Shown here one piece after another: positions 14,100-27,790 of a DNA stretch of 64,000 nucleotides (positions are counted from its first letter, which is position 1; each line of letters begins with the position of its first letter). The stretch covers positions 558,001-622,000 of the forward strand of contig JBEUKZ010000100.1 of assembly GCA_048128005.1 (NCBI GenBank), read 5' to 3'. Source of the stretch: Veleropilina oligotropha (taxonomy: Eukaryota). Both the position numbers and the translations under genes were made by a program. A model generated the notes under the pieces. That model did no database searches. It was given only the letters and a program-made list of their open reading frames with translations, and had not been told where the DNA came from.

Positions 14100-14280
14100 A
14101 TAATGTTCTGGTTGTTTTCCTAAGCTATCCAAGAATTCAGCATGCTGTCCATTTAAGAAGAGGATCCTGGTAAGGGATCTGTATTGACGATGAAGGCACT
14201 TGGAATTTTCATTGCATATTTAGGCAATGTATTCATGGCGTAACCAACTATTACACTTCATTCAGACAAGAGTCATTCCT
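14100..14280 (-). pseudogene. Maverick adenain-like cysteine protease remnant
   Basis: SAFIVNTDP and EFLDSLGKQPEHYG peptides; the catalytic HW segment between them appears deleted. Confidence 0.6.
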
Positions 14281-14306
14281 TATGACATGCTCTAATTGAT
14301 GGTTGT

Positions 14307-16300
14307 TCATGGTTGTAACTTTGTCGACTTCGAGGTGAGCAGAAAATGTTGCCAGGCCAAACAGCTGATTGCTTCTGTTGTCGCCGTTTGAAACCTTATG
14401 GACAATCTAGTATTTCCGTGTTTGATCAAGTTAATATATTTTTCTCCTAGATCACATGGATCCAGCGTGAACACGAAGAAGAAATAACCATCATTATATT
14501 CAAATCGTTTCATGTTTATTCCATGTATCGCACGTGTCAAATAAATTAACGTAAGCTGTTGCATTACTGCGCTGTAAGCTAAAGTCGAGCTTTAGCTGTG
14601 TACCCGGTAAACTTTCGCCATTCACATACAAGCCTACTTCCTTAACATCAAATTGTTGAAAATTGAAAGGTTTTTCAATATATGTTCCATTGATGGCAGT
14701 CTGCCTGATCAATCCAATTTAGAGGGCCTTGCATTTGGAAATATATTGGCCCAAAAGAATTCGCTCAACCCTTTGGCTATAGTGTTCATTGTAATTTCGC
14801 TTCTATCCATGGAATATTTAATCGTGTTCTCTTAGAATTGTTTCATGTATCTCAACACGATCCCAAGATCCATGCGAACCTTTGTCACTTTGTAGGAAAC
14901 ATCTAATAATTTGAGTTTATAAGCGGGCAAATCTTCGGCTGACATGAATAACGAGAAAACAGTAATGGGACATTACATGATACCCCGCCTGTCGAATTAG
15001 ATCTCAGTTTTGTTATAAATTAGCAAAACTGTCAATATTATAAAGAAATGTTATTCACAGTTTCAAAGATAATTGACTGAAACCAAATTTCTACGTTGAA
15101 AAGGAAGATAACCATGTAAGTAATCGTCAGACCGAAGCCGAAATCAAACTTTACCTCAAGATAATTGACGGAAACTAAATTTCTATGTCGAAAAGGGGGG
15201 ATAACTGTGTAAGTATTCGTCAGGCTGAAACCAAAATCGAACCTGACCGCCTTCAGGTTATTTACAATCCTTCCATAATATTTGAAAGAAATCCGATGCA
15301 CGGTTCTGAAGATAATTGACGGAAACTAAATTTCCATGTCGAAAAAGGGGTATAAATGTGTAAATATTTATTGAAATGCTACCGATATCGAACTTGACCT
15401 CAGTTTTGTTATTTGCAATAATGTCACAAAATTTGAAAGAAATCCGATCAACGGTTACGAAGATAATTGACGGAAACTAAATTTCTATGTCGAAAACGTC
15501 GAAAAAGGGGTAATAAATGTGTAACGGTTTGTCGAAATTATGCCGAAATCGAACTTGACTTCAGTTTTGTTATTTGCAATAATGTCACAAAATTTGAAAG
15601 AAATCCGATCAACGGTTATGAAGATAATTGACGGAAACTAAATTTCTATGTCGAAACATCGAAAAAGGGGGAATAAATGTGTAACACTTTGTCGAAATTA
15701 TGCCGAAATCGAACTTGACCTCAGTTTTGTTATTTGCAATAATGTCACAAAATTTGAAAGAAATCCGATACTCAGTGACGAAGATAATTGACGGAAACTA
15801 AATTTCTATGTCGAAAAACGTTGAAAAGGGGTAATAAATGTGTAACGGTTTGTCGAAATTATGCCGAAATCGACCTTGACCTCAGTTTTGTTATTTGCAA
15901 TAATGTCACAAAATTTGAAAGAAATCCGATAAACGGTTATGAAGATAACTGACGGAAACTAAATGTGTATGTGGAAAACGTCCGTCGAAAAACGGGGTAT
16001 AAATGCGTAAATATTTTTCGAAATTCTGCCAAAATGGAACTTGACCTAGGTTTTGATATTTGCTTATATGTCACAAGTTTGTAAAAAAGTGTGATGCCTG
16101 GTTTTAAAGATAATTGACGGAAACCACCGACATGGACGGACGGACGGGTGGACACACGGACGACCGAGGGTATAACATAATACCCCACCTGCGGGGTATA
16201 AAAAGGGATGATGTGATCTGTACAGCTTCAAATGCATATCAATCCCATTTACCAAGTATTTATCGATTGCAAAATATCCTCAAGCAAAGATCCCTCTAAT
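14307..16300 (-). pseudogene. Maverick major capsid protein remnant, split by a HINE-like insertion (14950-16204)
   Basis: YLVNGIDMHLKLYRSHHPF | MSAEDLPAYKLKLLDVSYKVTKV ... KPFNFQQFDVKEVGLYVNGESLP ... GYFFFVFTLDP ... LIKHGNTRLSIRF: typical Maverick capsid motifs. Confidence 0.8.
14950..16204 (+). mobile_element. HINE/pearl-like non-autonomous element with internal ~160-bp tandem array
   Basis: GAAGATAATTGACGGAAACTAAA recurs about every 150-166 bp (15309, 15459, 15621, 15780, 15941, ~16107), followed by (GGAC)n and a terminal ATACCCC...GGGGTAT hairpin. Confidence 0.7.
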
Positions 16301-16324
16301 TCGAATATTTGTCTTTCTTTCGAG

Positions 16325-17490
16325 TAATAGTATACAATTATTTCATGGGGTTTTGGGAACAGTCAAAACTGTTGTCACGAGGTAGTGGGGAGGATCGAGA
16401 GAACTGTTGCCTGAGGCCGAAGGCCGAGGGCAACAGTTCTCTCGATCCTCCCCACTACCGAGGGACAACAGTTTTGACTGTTCCCAAAACCCCATGAAAT
16501 AATTGTTTTATTACCTAATGAACTAATGACGGCCCCTTTGATAACATTTTTTGTACTTAATGAGTCTCTATTTTCTAATAAATTGTTCAGTTCCTCCTCT
16601 CCGATGTCGCCAAACCGTGGTGTACTCTCCATTTTTTTATGAGCAACGACGCAATGATACATCGTCGTTTTGACGTCACTGTCATAGCCACGCCCATAAA
16701 GGCGTGGCTATTGCGATGCGCATTCGCATCGCGCATGAAACAGTCCATCGACCGGTCAACAGTCAAAACTATTACACCCCTACGCTCCGAATAGGGAAAC
16801 AGTTCGGCCTCAGGCAACAGTTCTCTCGATCCTCCCCACTACCTCGTGACAACAGTTTTGACTGTTCCCAAAACCCCATGAAATAATTGTATATTATTAC
16901 CTAATGCACTATATACAAAGTTATTCATTATTTCTAACTGTTTTCCTATTCGTAGTGTAGGGGTGTAATAGTTTTGACTGTTTCACGGTCCATAAACTGT
17001 TACATGTGCGATGGCAATGCGCAGAGAATTAGGCAGTGGTTTAAGCAGTGACGTAAAAATGACGTTGTTACGACTATGACGTAATCTGAGGTCTCAAAGA
17101 CAACGTCGTAATTTTACATGCTTATAACAAAATGGAGAGTGCATTGTACGCAGTATAGCTCGTAGTCCAATGCAGTTGAAACATACTAAACAACAAGCAG
17201 GCCAAACATTACAGTATAAGCTCCACACTTCAATTACACCACATGCATTTACAAATTCAGTCCTTCATATTCGCCATCATAAACATTAAAATGTAAATCA
17301 TCTTCGTATTTTAAAAATGTTAAGATAACGCCTTATTATTTATTAGGTAATAAAACAATTATTTCATGTGGTTTTGGGAACAATCAAAACAGTTGCCCCT
17401 CGGTAGTGGGGAGGATCGAGATAACTGTTGCCCTCTACCTTTGGCCTCGGGCAACAGTTCTCTCGGGACAACAAAATAATTGTATACTGT
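16325..17490. mobile_element. Crypton-like non-autonomous element with long hairpin
   Basis: ~170-bp hairpin at 16334-16506 centred on GCCGAAGGC, partial copies at 16790-16890 and 17350-17485; peptide MESTPRFGDIGEEELNNLLENRDSLSTKNVIKGAV resembles the N-terminus of DUF3504/Crypton recombinases. Confidence 0.55.
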
Positions 17491-17659
17491 AGATACCGAT
17501 ATGCTTTGGTTATCGTGGCTAAAAAATGCAATTATGTGAGTACTGTGTCTTTAAAATTATCTTTCTTTCTGCACCTTGTGGTTCTTTTTACGTTGTGCGA
17601 TCCCATTGCTGTTACTTTCATGGTCAATCGATTGTCACCTTTCTTGTTAAATTTTGCCT

Positions 17660-18130
17660 TTTTGATCAGCGATGCGTTCTGTTGGGCATGGCATACAGGG
17701 CATGGCATGACCATAGTCCAAACAGATACTTTTAAAGTGAAGCGTGACTGTTACAGTTTGTTTGATAAATGAAGCAAAGTCACCCTTACTATCCATTATA
17801 TAAATGTGCACTTGATGCAGTTGACTTTGATCGAGATTTATGTAATATGGGAAATGGTAAATAATGTTACATGGTAATTTATTTCTCAAGTATACTGTTT
17901 TCAATAAGGGTAATTTTTTGTCACCCATGATACTATCGTTACATGCGTCAAAGCATATGTATATATATATCGAGTATTTTTACTCTTAGCACAACCATTA
18001 ATTGAAAATTCGATTAATGCTAACGACCATTGACCTTCAAATATTATCTATCTGTTTAGTTCAACCCTGAAATTATCATGCATATGTAATCTTGACTATC
18101 CGTTGATCTTAGAACCATTCGAATGCTCAT
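17660..18130 (-). pseudogene. Maverick minor capsid (penton) remnant
   Basis: GDKKLPLLKTV...YYINLDQSQLHQVHIYIMDSKGDFASF..TVTVTLHFK, the characteristic penton C-terminus. Confidence 0.7.
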
Positions 18131-18169
18131 TGTGGTGTGACAACTTGGCATCGAGTTGCACATTTTATA

Positions 18170-19240
18170 CAATCTCATCTCGTTGTACCCAAGAATTAAA
18201 TTGTGCGGGCCACCCATCCAAAGCACTAACACTTCGAATTGTCCATTACGGTTTCTCTATTTGAGCCCTTTTTTATGCACCAAACAGCATCTGCATCATT
18301 ATTAACAAACCGCATCTCATTTTGACAGAAATTACCGTCTACGTTTTCATCAGCATAATCCATTAATTTATAGACTGGAATCCCCTGTTGTTTGTATATT
18401 TGAGAAACGATGAGGAGTTCTCCTGTCCACTTTTGCTGGTAGGCTCGCAAGAATGGACGTTCTAACTTTTTCCATCGTATTAAATTATATGATATTTTCA
18501 CTGGTGACGATTTTTTCCTAGTCAGATACATGACATACCCAGTTTCATCTTTATTTTGCTTTGTGATGCTCGCAGGAGTCTATATTGCCCCAATGATCTG
18601 TGTGGTCTGGTATTGTAATTGAACACCAATTCTTGTAGGGTATTAATGTATCGGTACGTTTGATTTGCTGTAAAATACCTGAACATCGCACCTTTTATAG
18701 TCCTTATCACTCTCTCAGCATAATTTGCTTTGGTCTGATTTTGCGTAAAATGAACTGTGACCTTTTCCGATGAGAGATAAATTTTCACCCATTTGTTATT
18801 AGCTTCAATACCTTTATCAAAACTAATGATGTTAGGCTTATGTCCTGTTTAAATATGGACTTCAAAGCATCTACAATTGTTCTACCCAGTTTGTTTTCCA
18901 AAGGCACAACTCACAACAAACGAGAATATACATCGATCATGATTAACAGAAAAGAAACTCCATTGACGTGCTTAAATTTTAAACTTCAGCCAAATCACCA
19001 TCGAGCATTGAATCTAAACCTTCGGCTACGACACATCTTAATATGATTTTTGTTGCCACACCCTTCTGTAAAATGTAGGCATCTTGGTCATATATGTAAC
19101 CATTGTGTTACTCGCTTCTTGCCAATTTTGAAAGTTATTCTTTCTATACAATTTTATGCAACTTGTCAGGGCGTGCATGCATAATCACATGGATTCTTCG
19201 TATTATACCACAGGTTTTTCAAGTATTTTTTCCATGGCAC
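18170..19240 (-). pseudogene. Maverick rve integrase with C-terminal chromodomain, disrupted
   Basis: KANYAERVIRTIK..MFRYFT...YNTRPHRSLG; FLRAYQQKWTGE...VYKLMDYADENVDGNF; chromodomain-like GWPAQFNSWV at ~18185-18220. Confidence 0.85.
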
Positions 19241-20377
19241 CATGTGCAACAGTAAGATGAAAAACAAGATCAGATCGATTTAAGCATATCCACCTCTCAA
19301 AGCCAAGAGATAAAGTCACTTTTAAAAGGTATCATATATATTATTATATATGTCTGTTATAGACAAACAAAGAGGTGTCGTTAAAATCATTTTTCCAAAG
19401 AAAATAAACATATATAACTGTATTATCACTTTTATCAGTTATTTCCACAAAATTTGAAATATGTGTTATTATTTTTAACATCAACAATTGACATATTTGT
19501 GTGTGTTATATTATCTCTCAGTGGTTCGGCTGTGGATATCTCACCTCTGTACAGGTCTCATATTTATTGGAAGTAAGTTCCAATGTCGTGCACATTAAAA
19601 ACAGCACTGTTAATCTAATCGTCCATTTAATTTTGCTTGTTGCTGAAAACATGGATGTCTTCTTTATATCCAATTGTTCAGCATTTTCCTCTGATAAAAT
19701 TATGTCAAGCAATTCTATAGCAATGTTTGATTTCAGGCAGGGAATGTTTTTTCAAGTCTGATTCTAAACCAAACCATGTCTTTATAATGATTACTGATAC
19801 TATCACAATGAATATGTAGTCATGTTGTGCCTATAGTCTATTTTGATGGTACGAGTGTTGAGACTATAATCTAACACATTTGAATCTAAAACAATAGTTG
19901 AATGTGGGTCCTCTAGCAAGGTTTGAATCGATAAAAGTTTGATTCTATATTTGCTAGCAATTCACAATGATCACCATGGTAATCACAATTCGCAAAAAAT
20001 AAATAAAGTCCTTTCGCAAATCAGTTTGAAATGTTCACATATTAAAGATCATGAAGTTGATAATAATAATGTTAAATGAATATCCCCTGGTCATTTATCT
20101 ACTAATGGATGATCATAATAATGTTTAATTGTTAAGCAAAAGTTGTATAATACCTTTTATTCAGTTCAGTATATTGACTTTGTGTCTGTTTATCTCAGGA
20201 AAACTTCGACATCGCATGTGCGCCCGCCATGTTTTTTTATACCTTTATTTCTGGGAGCACCCGTTTTACAGCGTTGCATGTATTACAAAAGTTTCACATA
20301 GAACATCTAATGATCAGATGATACTGATGAACATGAATAAAATAAAATAAATATAGCCAAACAAAATTAGATAAGTT

Positions 20378-20573
20378 AATTTAATCCATTTTGACCAACT
20401 TTTCCATTGTATTAATTGTAGATTATTTTTCACGAATCCACTGCTACAAAATCATTGTGTCTGCTTGAAAGACCAATTAAACAAGCGTTATGTGCATTAA
20501 TTCCATGCTATGGACGATTCCATTCCAGAAAATGAGGAAAGCATGTTTAATGCAGTATATAATCCAAAGAGGT
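20378..20573 (+). repeat. ~190-bp segment, near-identical to 25373-25564
   Basis: Direct comparison: TTAATCCATTTTGACC...ATAATCCAAAGAGGT in both places. Confidence 0.85.
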
Positions 20574-20896
20574 CGGATAGTGGTCGGACTCCATACAACT
20601 CTCTCTATAGTTATATAATATTGAAAGTTAACATTGTAGGTATTGATAGACAAAGGCATGCATACATATGCATTGCACGGACATTTGTAGTGCAAGATGG
20701 AGAGAAATAGTGGATAGATGGAGAAAAGATACATGTAGCCTAACATGTCAAGGAAATGGTTGACATTTAATTTTTACATTTACTAAGGGAAAATGAGAAA
20801 TGCTAAAGAAAAATGGACCATTAGCAAGTTTTCCTAAAGGAAACTAGGAATGCTATAGAAAATTGTGCCTTTAGAAAGTTTTGCTACAGAAAATTT

Positions 20897-20988
20897 GGTC
20901 TATAATCGATCTTGAGGTTATAATAATTGAGTCTATAATCGATCTTGAGGCTATAATAGTTGAGTCTATAATCGATCTTAAATCTATA
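20897..20988. repeat. ~32-bp tandem repeat, about 3 copies
   Basis: GTCTATAATCGATCTT recurs three times. Confidence 0.75.
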
Positions 20989-21059
20989 AACTGGTGAGGG
21001 TTGAAGCTATAAAAAGTCCAAACCACCACACATATACTACTAACAATAGTGCTATTTAC

Positions 21060-21824
21060 CTATAAATGGTCCAGAAACAACAATGGCGATTCCCATCGTG
21101 GTTGAAACCAGCCCGAATGCTTGTTCCCGGTTACTTTCGTCCGAAAGATGTTTCGTTACGATGCTGGTTGAAGTTACAGCAGTAGACTTCGCGCAACCGA
21201 ATATCACCAATAAAGTGTAAAGGCCGATCTCGGTATGAATCAACCCAAACAACAAGGAAGCTAAACCAGTAATAGCAAATGAGGCAATTGCTAGGTGGAA
21301 TTTGTACTTTCCGGATTTGTCGGATACCCATCCATAAAATATGCGAAATGGGATACCAATAAACTCATTCAGGGAAATCAGTAGAGCACCTGTTGTTTCG
21401 GAATATCCCAAACTTGTGACATGATCCACAAATGTCACTAAAATTGTCGAAATTGTCCCCATGCAAATTATAATAATTGTTAACCAAATACGAAAAAGAG
21501 GATTTCTTAAAAGATCATGAAATTTGATCGTCCAATTTGCTGCATTTTTGCAGAAATCTTCTTGTGAATCATTTGCAGGACGTGTGCATTTCATTGGCGA
21601 TAAGGTGGCTCCGGCTGCGCATGCGTGGAAGAGAAAAGCACCAGTCAAAAGTATACATCCAGGAACTCCGTATTCTGGAATCCAAACTGCATGCAGTTGC
21701 AAGATGACAATACCACCAACGTTGCCTCCCAGATAAACGATGGACATTGCGAGATCGTTATGCTTGTCGAAGGTTTGTGCCATTGCCACCTTGGCGGAAA
21801 CTTGAATCATACAAATCCCAATTC
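21060..21824 (-). CDS. SLC16/MCT-like MFS transporter, exon 3
   Basis: tttcag|GA ATT GGG ... CCA TTT ATA G|gtaaat, 765 nt, phase 1-1; many TM helices; FDKHNDLAMSIVYLGGNVG and RIFYGWVSDK motifs. Confidence 0.9.
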
Positions 21825-22404
21825 CTGAAAATGATAAACGATGCAGATTTTTGTGGCATCGCAAGATTTCGTATTCAATATAATATGCCAATGTATGTGA
21901 TTGTGGTGGTGTAAGCACCAATATGTTTGGTAGATAAAGATGCGCAAATAATTTGGCTGAGTTTGATTAATGAATGGATTATCCAAATATTTTCCCTCTC
22001 AAATTATAAGAGCTAACCAACGCGCAACGTATTGCCAAGGCCGTAGGAAGCGGTCAAGCCAGACAGGCTAAGGCCTGACCAATATTTGTGTGTTTTTACA
22101 ATAATATGTTTATGTATAATTCTAATTCCACCGATTACAAGTGTAAAACTATATATATCCGGCCGCAATGCTTTGTCCACTATCTAATCTGCTACGAGTG
22201 CTGTTACCTAGATATAGCTGTCAATATATAATTAACTTTCCTCATGTCAAATTTGCAGGTAGCTAGTTGTACGAGTACCTTCAATGTCTGCCAGGAATAT
22301 TCCTGGGATATTTAATTAGTTGGAGAAAAAAGTTTTAAAATATTTGGAAAAGACACTAATGTTCACTGTTATTGTGCACATCTAATTTTGGCAATGGTGG
22401 TTCC

Positions 22405-23950
22405 GGTCGTATGCCGTGCCAACTGTTTCAAAACTTTCATGCGTCGCACCAATATCTTCATACGGCGCATTGTAGGAGCCATGGGGACCTAAGTATCGCC
22501 CTTCCATAAGTGTAACAATTGCGACACTTGTTGTCGATTTCGCCAAATTGTGACCAAAAATGTCGCAGCAAAAATAAGTTGAAAAATATCGACGCTTTTA
22601 GCCATAAATGTCGTAACGGCCATAAATGTTGCAATATCGACAATATTGGTCAATAATTTTCTCGCAATAGAGAGTCGGAGACATGTGAAGTAAACAGTCA
22701 CAGTTGAGCACAATTCAGGAACAAAATCAGTCTTATCAGATATAGTCATCCCTGGTCGTTCGAATAGAGACGTTATACGGGGGTCGCGCCTGCTGTGGAC
22801 GAAATCGTTTCGTCGCATAGTGACGTTAAACCTGACAGGGGGTGCTCTTTCGATACTTCCCCCACATCTCCGGCTTTTATACATATTTAGGATCTCCGGC
22901 TTGTATTCGTCTTAAATTTTCATATTCCGCGTATTATCTGCTACTAAAGGCAAATGCAGCTTGCGATACGATACACGTGATGGGTACGTAGTTGTATTGG
23001 CTTTACAAACATATATACACCGGACCGCCCCGTGAGCCAGGACTGACCGAGGTTCACCTGTTGCTAGTCCCCATGGATTTAACATTAACGACGCGTCCAA
23101 AGTCGGATGAAAAACCGGATTTTCAAAGTTGAGTAAAAGTCGGAGCTATGGGGGAAGTACCGAAAGAGCACCTGACAGGCTCCGATATCAAACTCTGGTC
23201 CTGTCATGCAATACTCTTGATCAGATAGATACGCTGAAGCTGGGACTATACCCCAATGACAGAGAGCCGTAGAGAAAAACGTGTAATTGGATAAAGATGT
23301 TAAACCTCGAAACCTGACTGTGAATCAATTCTTATTAAAGTCCGTCTTACCTGGATCGACAAAAACAGTTTGATATGATAGTGACGTTAAACAGATTGTC
23401 CCGACAACTCTGTGTGGTCACTCAAATCCCTTTTATCAGATCGACATTAAATCGGGAACGTGATTGATGTGGACAAAACCGTGTCATCGCACAATGACGA
23501 TAAAACATGCATGTACTGACCGGGTTCTGTAAACAAAAACCCCTGATCGAAAGAGACGATAAAGCGTGGTCTCAATTTCCCAGTGATGTCATACCCCAAA
23601 AGCAGGATACAATAATCGGTCGGATAGAAAATTAATGTTAAATCTGGATCCTTACTGAGCAAAATCTTACTCATATCACTAGGAATGTTTTCAATTTATT
23701 GCAAAAAAAGTAATAATTCAATTGTCAAACATGCCAATATGTAGTAGTGAAGCAAGTCGATTATTGCCATTGCGACACCAACATGTCGACATCCGAGGCC
23801 ATAAGTGTCGCAAGATTAATTTTACGATTTTTGTTGTCAAACTTTGGCGAAATCGACAACAAGTGTCGCAATTGTGACACTGATGGCCGTTGCGACACTT
23901 ATGGCTCCTACAGCGCAAGAAAGTTTTGAAACACTTGGCACGGCATACGG
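22405..23950. mobile_element. MITE-like element with terminal inverted repeats in intron 2
   Basis: CGTATGCCGTGCCAACTGTTTCAAAACTTTC (~22408-22438) is the inverted match of GAAAGTTTTGAAACACTTGGCACGGCATACG (~23919-23949). Confidence 0.55.
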
Positions 23951-25175
23951 TCGATATAGACTCGGGCCAGCTAAAACTAGGTTCGCATTGAGACAGTTTA
24001 GTGTAAATGCGCCATGCAGGCGTAGAAACTGGATATTATGTAATAGATAATACACTCTCAGCTTGGGGCGTTATAAGCCAATAAGAGACCGAGATACAGC
24101 GAGGCTGTTTGGCTTATAACGTCGAGGGATGGCAGCTGTATTATCTGTTATACCCACCGTGGAAATATATTGTAAATTGCAAGCTGTAACCCCTTAAAAC
24201 ATTCAATTGCCACCATATAGCGTCTATAACGCCTCTAGAGCGTTATATGAGAAAATCGACTCTTCCATTGACAAGTTGCCAATTGTTTGTCTCTCAATTA
24301 AGTCTGGCCACCTGGCCGAGTTAACCATTGTCTCGAAACAATGGGTCGATTAACACCAGAAGGCCTATTTTTCACACAATTTTTCCCGTGGTGTGTATAA
24401 TTTCAATTAATACATAATTATGCAGGGTCTAATTTTGGTGATCACGTTCTGTATTTCATATGGATATTCTCCACACGTTACGTGTTTCTTGGCACTTTAG
24501 TATCATGTCATGAACTATGAATTCAGAGCTTGAGTGAAGTAATTGAAATTATGAGCTATGCGTAACCTACTAAATGCAACTCAAGTTTGAACATTGTCTT
24601 TAGTATTACTTAATTAAAGATACGATAATGGATCGAATAAAGATCAGAAAATATATATTTCATGATGTCGTGTTCTTATATGGAAGTCATTATTGAATAT
24701 ATAACTTTAGAATATATTTGTTTCCCAAAACTGTCAAATTTTGGGTTAAATAAAATGGTCAATATATATAACCCAGATTGCAGGAAAACGCATCTAAGGC
24801 CGTCTACGGTTAGAAAATTTCCCCATACCTACACCCCGGACCTATCTTATTTATTGGGGTCTTCGGCCATTTACAATTATCACTCTTTACTATTCATATT
24901 GGGTTGAGTCTGACCAATGCTAAACTGCTCCCGACGGGCCTGATTGCACGTCTTGTTACCCCTAAATAGACGTTTTCCTTTGTTGGTTTTGACACGTATT
25001 ACAAATCAATTAATAACAAAAGATGTCATAATTATTTCTTCATATCCTCAAGATTTTTTATAAAATTTATCAAATAGCATTTTTATAGCATTTATCACAT
25101 AGCAAGAAAGCTTTATGTGATTCTATTTCTGAAATTTGATTTTCAAAAAGAAAATCGTTCATATCTTTATCATAC

Positions 25176-25319
25176 CTAGCAAAGCACCGAAAGAGAATAT
25201 CAGGTAAGTTATCCCAGTTGCGAAGAAGCTCAGAATGGATGATATCAGCAGAATGATACTTCCGGCGATGATTGTGGGTCTAGTTCCAAACCGGGACACG
25301 AACACACTGACCAGGACTC
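25176..25319 (-). CDS. SLC16/MCT-like MFS transporter, exon 2
   Basis: ttttag|GA GTC ... CTA G|gtatg, 144 nt, phase 1-1; GVLVSVFVSRFGTRPTIIAG is MFS motif A. Confidence 0.9.
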
Positions 25320-27454
25320 CTAAAAGAGAGGGCTTGGAAATTGGCGAACACACTGATAAGAATTCCTAAAGCTTAATCCATTTTGACCTACTTTTCCATT
25401 GTATTAACTGTAGATTATTTTTCACGAATCCACTGCTACAAAATCATTGTGTCTGCTTGAAAGACCAATTAAACAAGCGTTATGTGCATTAATTCCATGC
25501 TATGGACGATTCCATTCCAGAAAATGAGGAAAGCATGTTTAACGCAGTATATAATCCAAAGAGGTAGATTTATCTGCGGACGAGTCCATTCTAGTACACT
25601 TGGACACTGAAAAGAAAATATTAATTATTTTAACGCGTAGACAACATTTTTGCACTGACAACAAACTTCAAGCACATTAAATTCGTTACCCAAATGAAGA
25701 AAATGTAATACACGTTTAACGTTCAGAAGAATCTGGCAATACTCCATATAATGCTGTTGTTCATATGAACGATGTTCCATTGCTTTACTTTGAAACGAAC
25801 ACCGAGAGCTATTTAAATATTATATCACAGAAATGTCGTTAAAATACAACATATATTTGCAATATTAAACTATACCTGATGCTCTCTGCAGAGGTAAATC
25901 CCACGTGTGCTCTGGTCAAAATTCTGAAGCCAAGTGTAGCGTGCTTTGAAATGTACAACATCGTGACGCAAAAATATTTCGCCGTGCATGCCGGTATAAT
26001 TGCACTTAACGAGAACATTAAACGTCTATTCATAACCATGATTAAGCGGCGCCTTCAACTAATTAGGAATGGGATCCGACAGGAGTTTTGGGAGAGTAAA
26101 CCCCAATTCGTACAAAATTTCTATCGTATTGTTTTTAAATTGGCGATTTCATGTATATAATAATGTTTAAAATATAACAAATAGCTAATATTGTCAAAAT
26201 GGATTAAATAAGTTAACCAACTTGGGACTGTTGATTCTTGAAAATTAATGCACTCGGGCCTGTCGGCCCTCGTGCATTATTTTTCAAGAATCAACAGTCC
26301 CATGTTGGTTAACCTATACAGAACGCATGAAATTAAATGATTCAATTTTAAAGTCTAAGATTAATTGAAGATAGTAATGCCGCATGTAACGAGTGAAATA
26401 TCAGCTGTGCCCATCATTTATGCCTTTCATCACCCAAAATGAAATTTTTCTTTTTAATTACCAAATTGAAGATAGGCACTAGCTGCAACTGACGCCAACA
26501 TTGAATATTGTATAGTGGACGATTCTTGTCTCAGCACATTGTCATCATATGTTATGACAACAACGACCATGTATAATTTAAATCTACTGTTGGTGGTAAG
26601 CGTTATTGTCAATAATATAACGTTACAATGTACAAACGCAATTCGATTACTCCTGTCTTACGTTTGTCTTCAAAGATATAAATAATAATAATAATAATAA
26701 TAATGTTTATTAACTAAGCAACCATTGGTTGAATTCATACAAATCATTCATAGTAAATATTGCTTATCACACTCTAAATGTATAAAATGCTATGTCAAAA
26801 TATATTAATAAACATTAAAACAAGAGAAGTACAATGATAGAACAAGCACAGAATGTGTGCAATAACCTGCGTCATAAGCAAAATTTCTACTGTGAAACAT
26901 GTGTGATACATATAATACAGACCATGTTTCTGTATGATTTCATAGAATTCACAAATTGGTTTTCAAGAGTTACGCCCCTTTGACGCCCCTTTGACAGACT
27001 TAGTTAACTATAATAAAGTTGATTAATTATAATTTAATAAAGTATGCAAAATCTTAAAATGTTTAACTGTTATACCTCTTTTACTACTGTGAAACATGTG
27101 TGATACATATAATACAGACCACGTTTCTGTATGATTTAATATTTATTCATCAAAGAGGCTGTCATGGTAATTTGCTATTCTGTTAGGCAGCATCTCTCAA
27201 TTCATACATCAAGTGGTCATGCACTTTTTTCAAATTGGCTTGTTGTCGAAGTCGCCTAAAAGGTGGAAGATCTGGTTGAAATCATTTCAAAATTGTCTTC
27301 CCCCCAAGAAGAACAAGAACAACAAGAACAACAACTTACATGTACCATTCATTGACCCTGCTAGACGCAGGTAAAAAGTAATAATACATGTGTATAAAAT
27401 GTGAAACTGTCGTGTGGTATATGTAACATGTAACATGGATAATAAATCATCATT

Positions 27455-27576
27455 GCGAGTCTGTTGGATACGATTGGTTGGTTGGCGAGTCTGTTGGATA
27501 CGATTGGTTGGTTGGCGAGTCTGTTGGATACGATTGGTTGGTTGGCGAGTCTGTTGGATACGATTGGTTGGTTGGC
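27455..27576. repeat. 30-bp tandem repeat, 4 copies
   Basis: GCGAGTCTGTTGGATACGATTGGTTGGTTG repeated. Confidence 0.9.
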
Positions 27577-27711
27577 ATCTTTGTTTTACGACCACTTTTG
27601 ACAATTTTTCAGCCTTAACGCAATCGGAACATTCGATTTAAGGTCTCACTCCGATCTGACCGACATATTATATTAGGGATATGCCATCTATTATTTTAAG
27701 CGGTAGAATAA

Positions 27712-27790
27712 GCCGCCGGTTGGGCTCGAACCCGGTCCTTCCTCGCCGTCTCGGTTGAGTGTCTGACGCGCTAGCCACTCACCCGCCGAA
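27712..27790 (-). other. tRNA-derived (SINE-like) sequence
   Basis: Pol III A-box-like TGAGTGGCTAGCG and B-box GGTTCGAGCCC; no convincing cloverleaf. Confidence 0.4.

Larger units (their letters stand above)
11100..19240 (-). mobile_element. Decayed canonical Maverick/Polinton, boundaries approximate
   Basis: Co-oriented, disrupted integrase, penton, major capsid, protease, ATPase and small basic protein remnants, listed individually below. Confidence 0.85.

Noticed and set aside
15050..16130. Possible CRISPR array (also the repeats at 27455 and 37145)
   Set aside because: Whole units repeat with no unique spacers, there are no cas genes, and the context is eukaryotic.
21825..21921. N-terminal extension of ORF 21052..21921
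   Set aside because: Upstream of a good tttcag acceptor at 21825; intronic.
27712..27790. Functional tRNA gene
   Set aside because: A and B boxes are present but I could not build a proper acceptor stem or anticodon arm.
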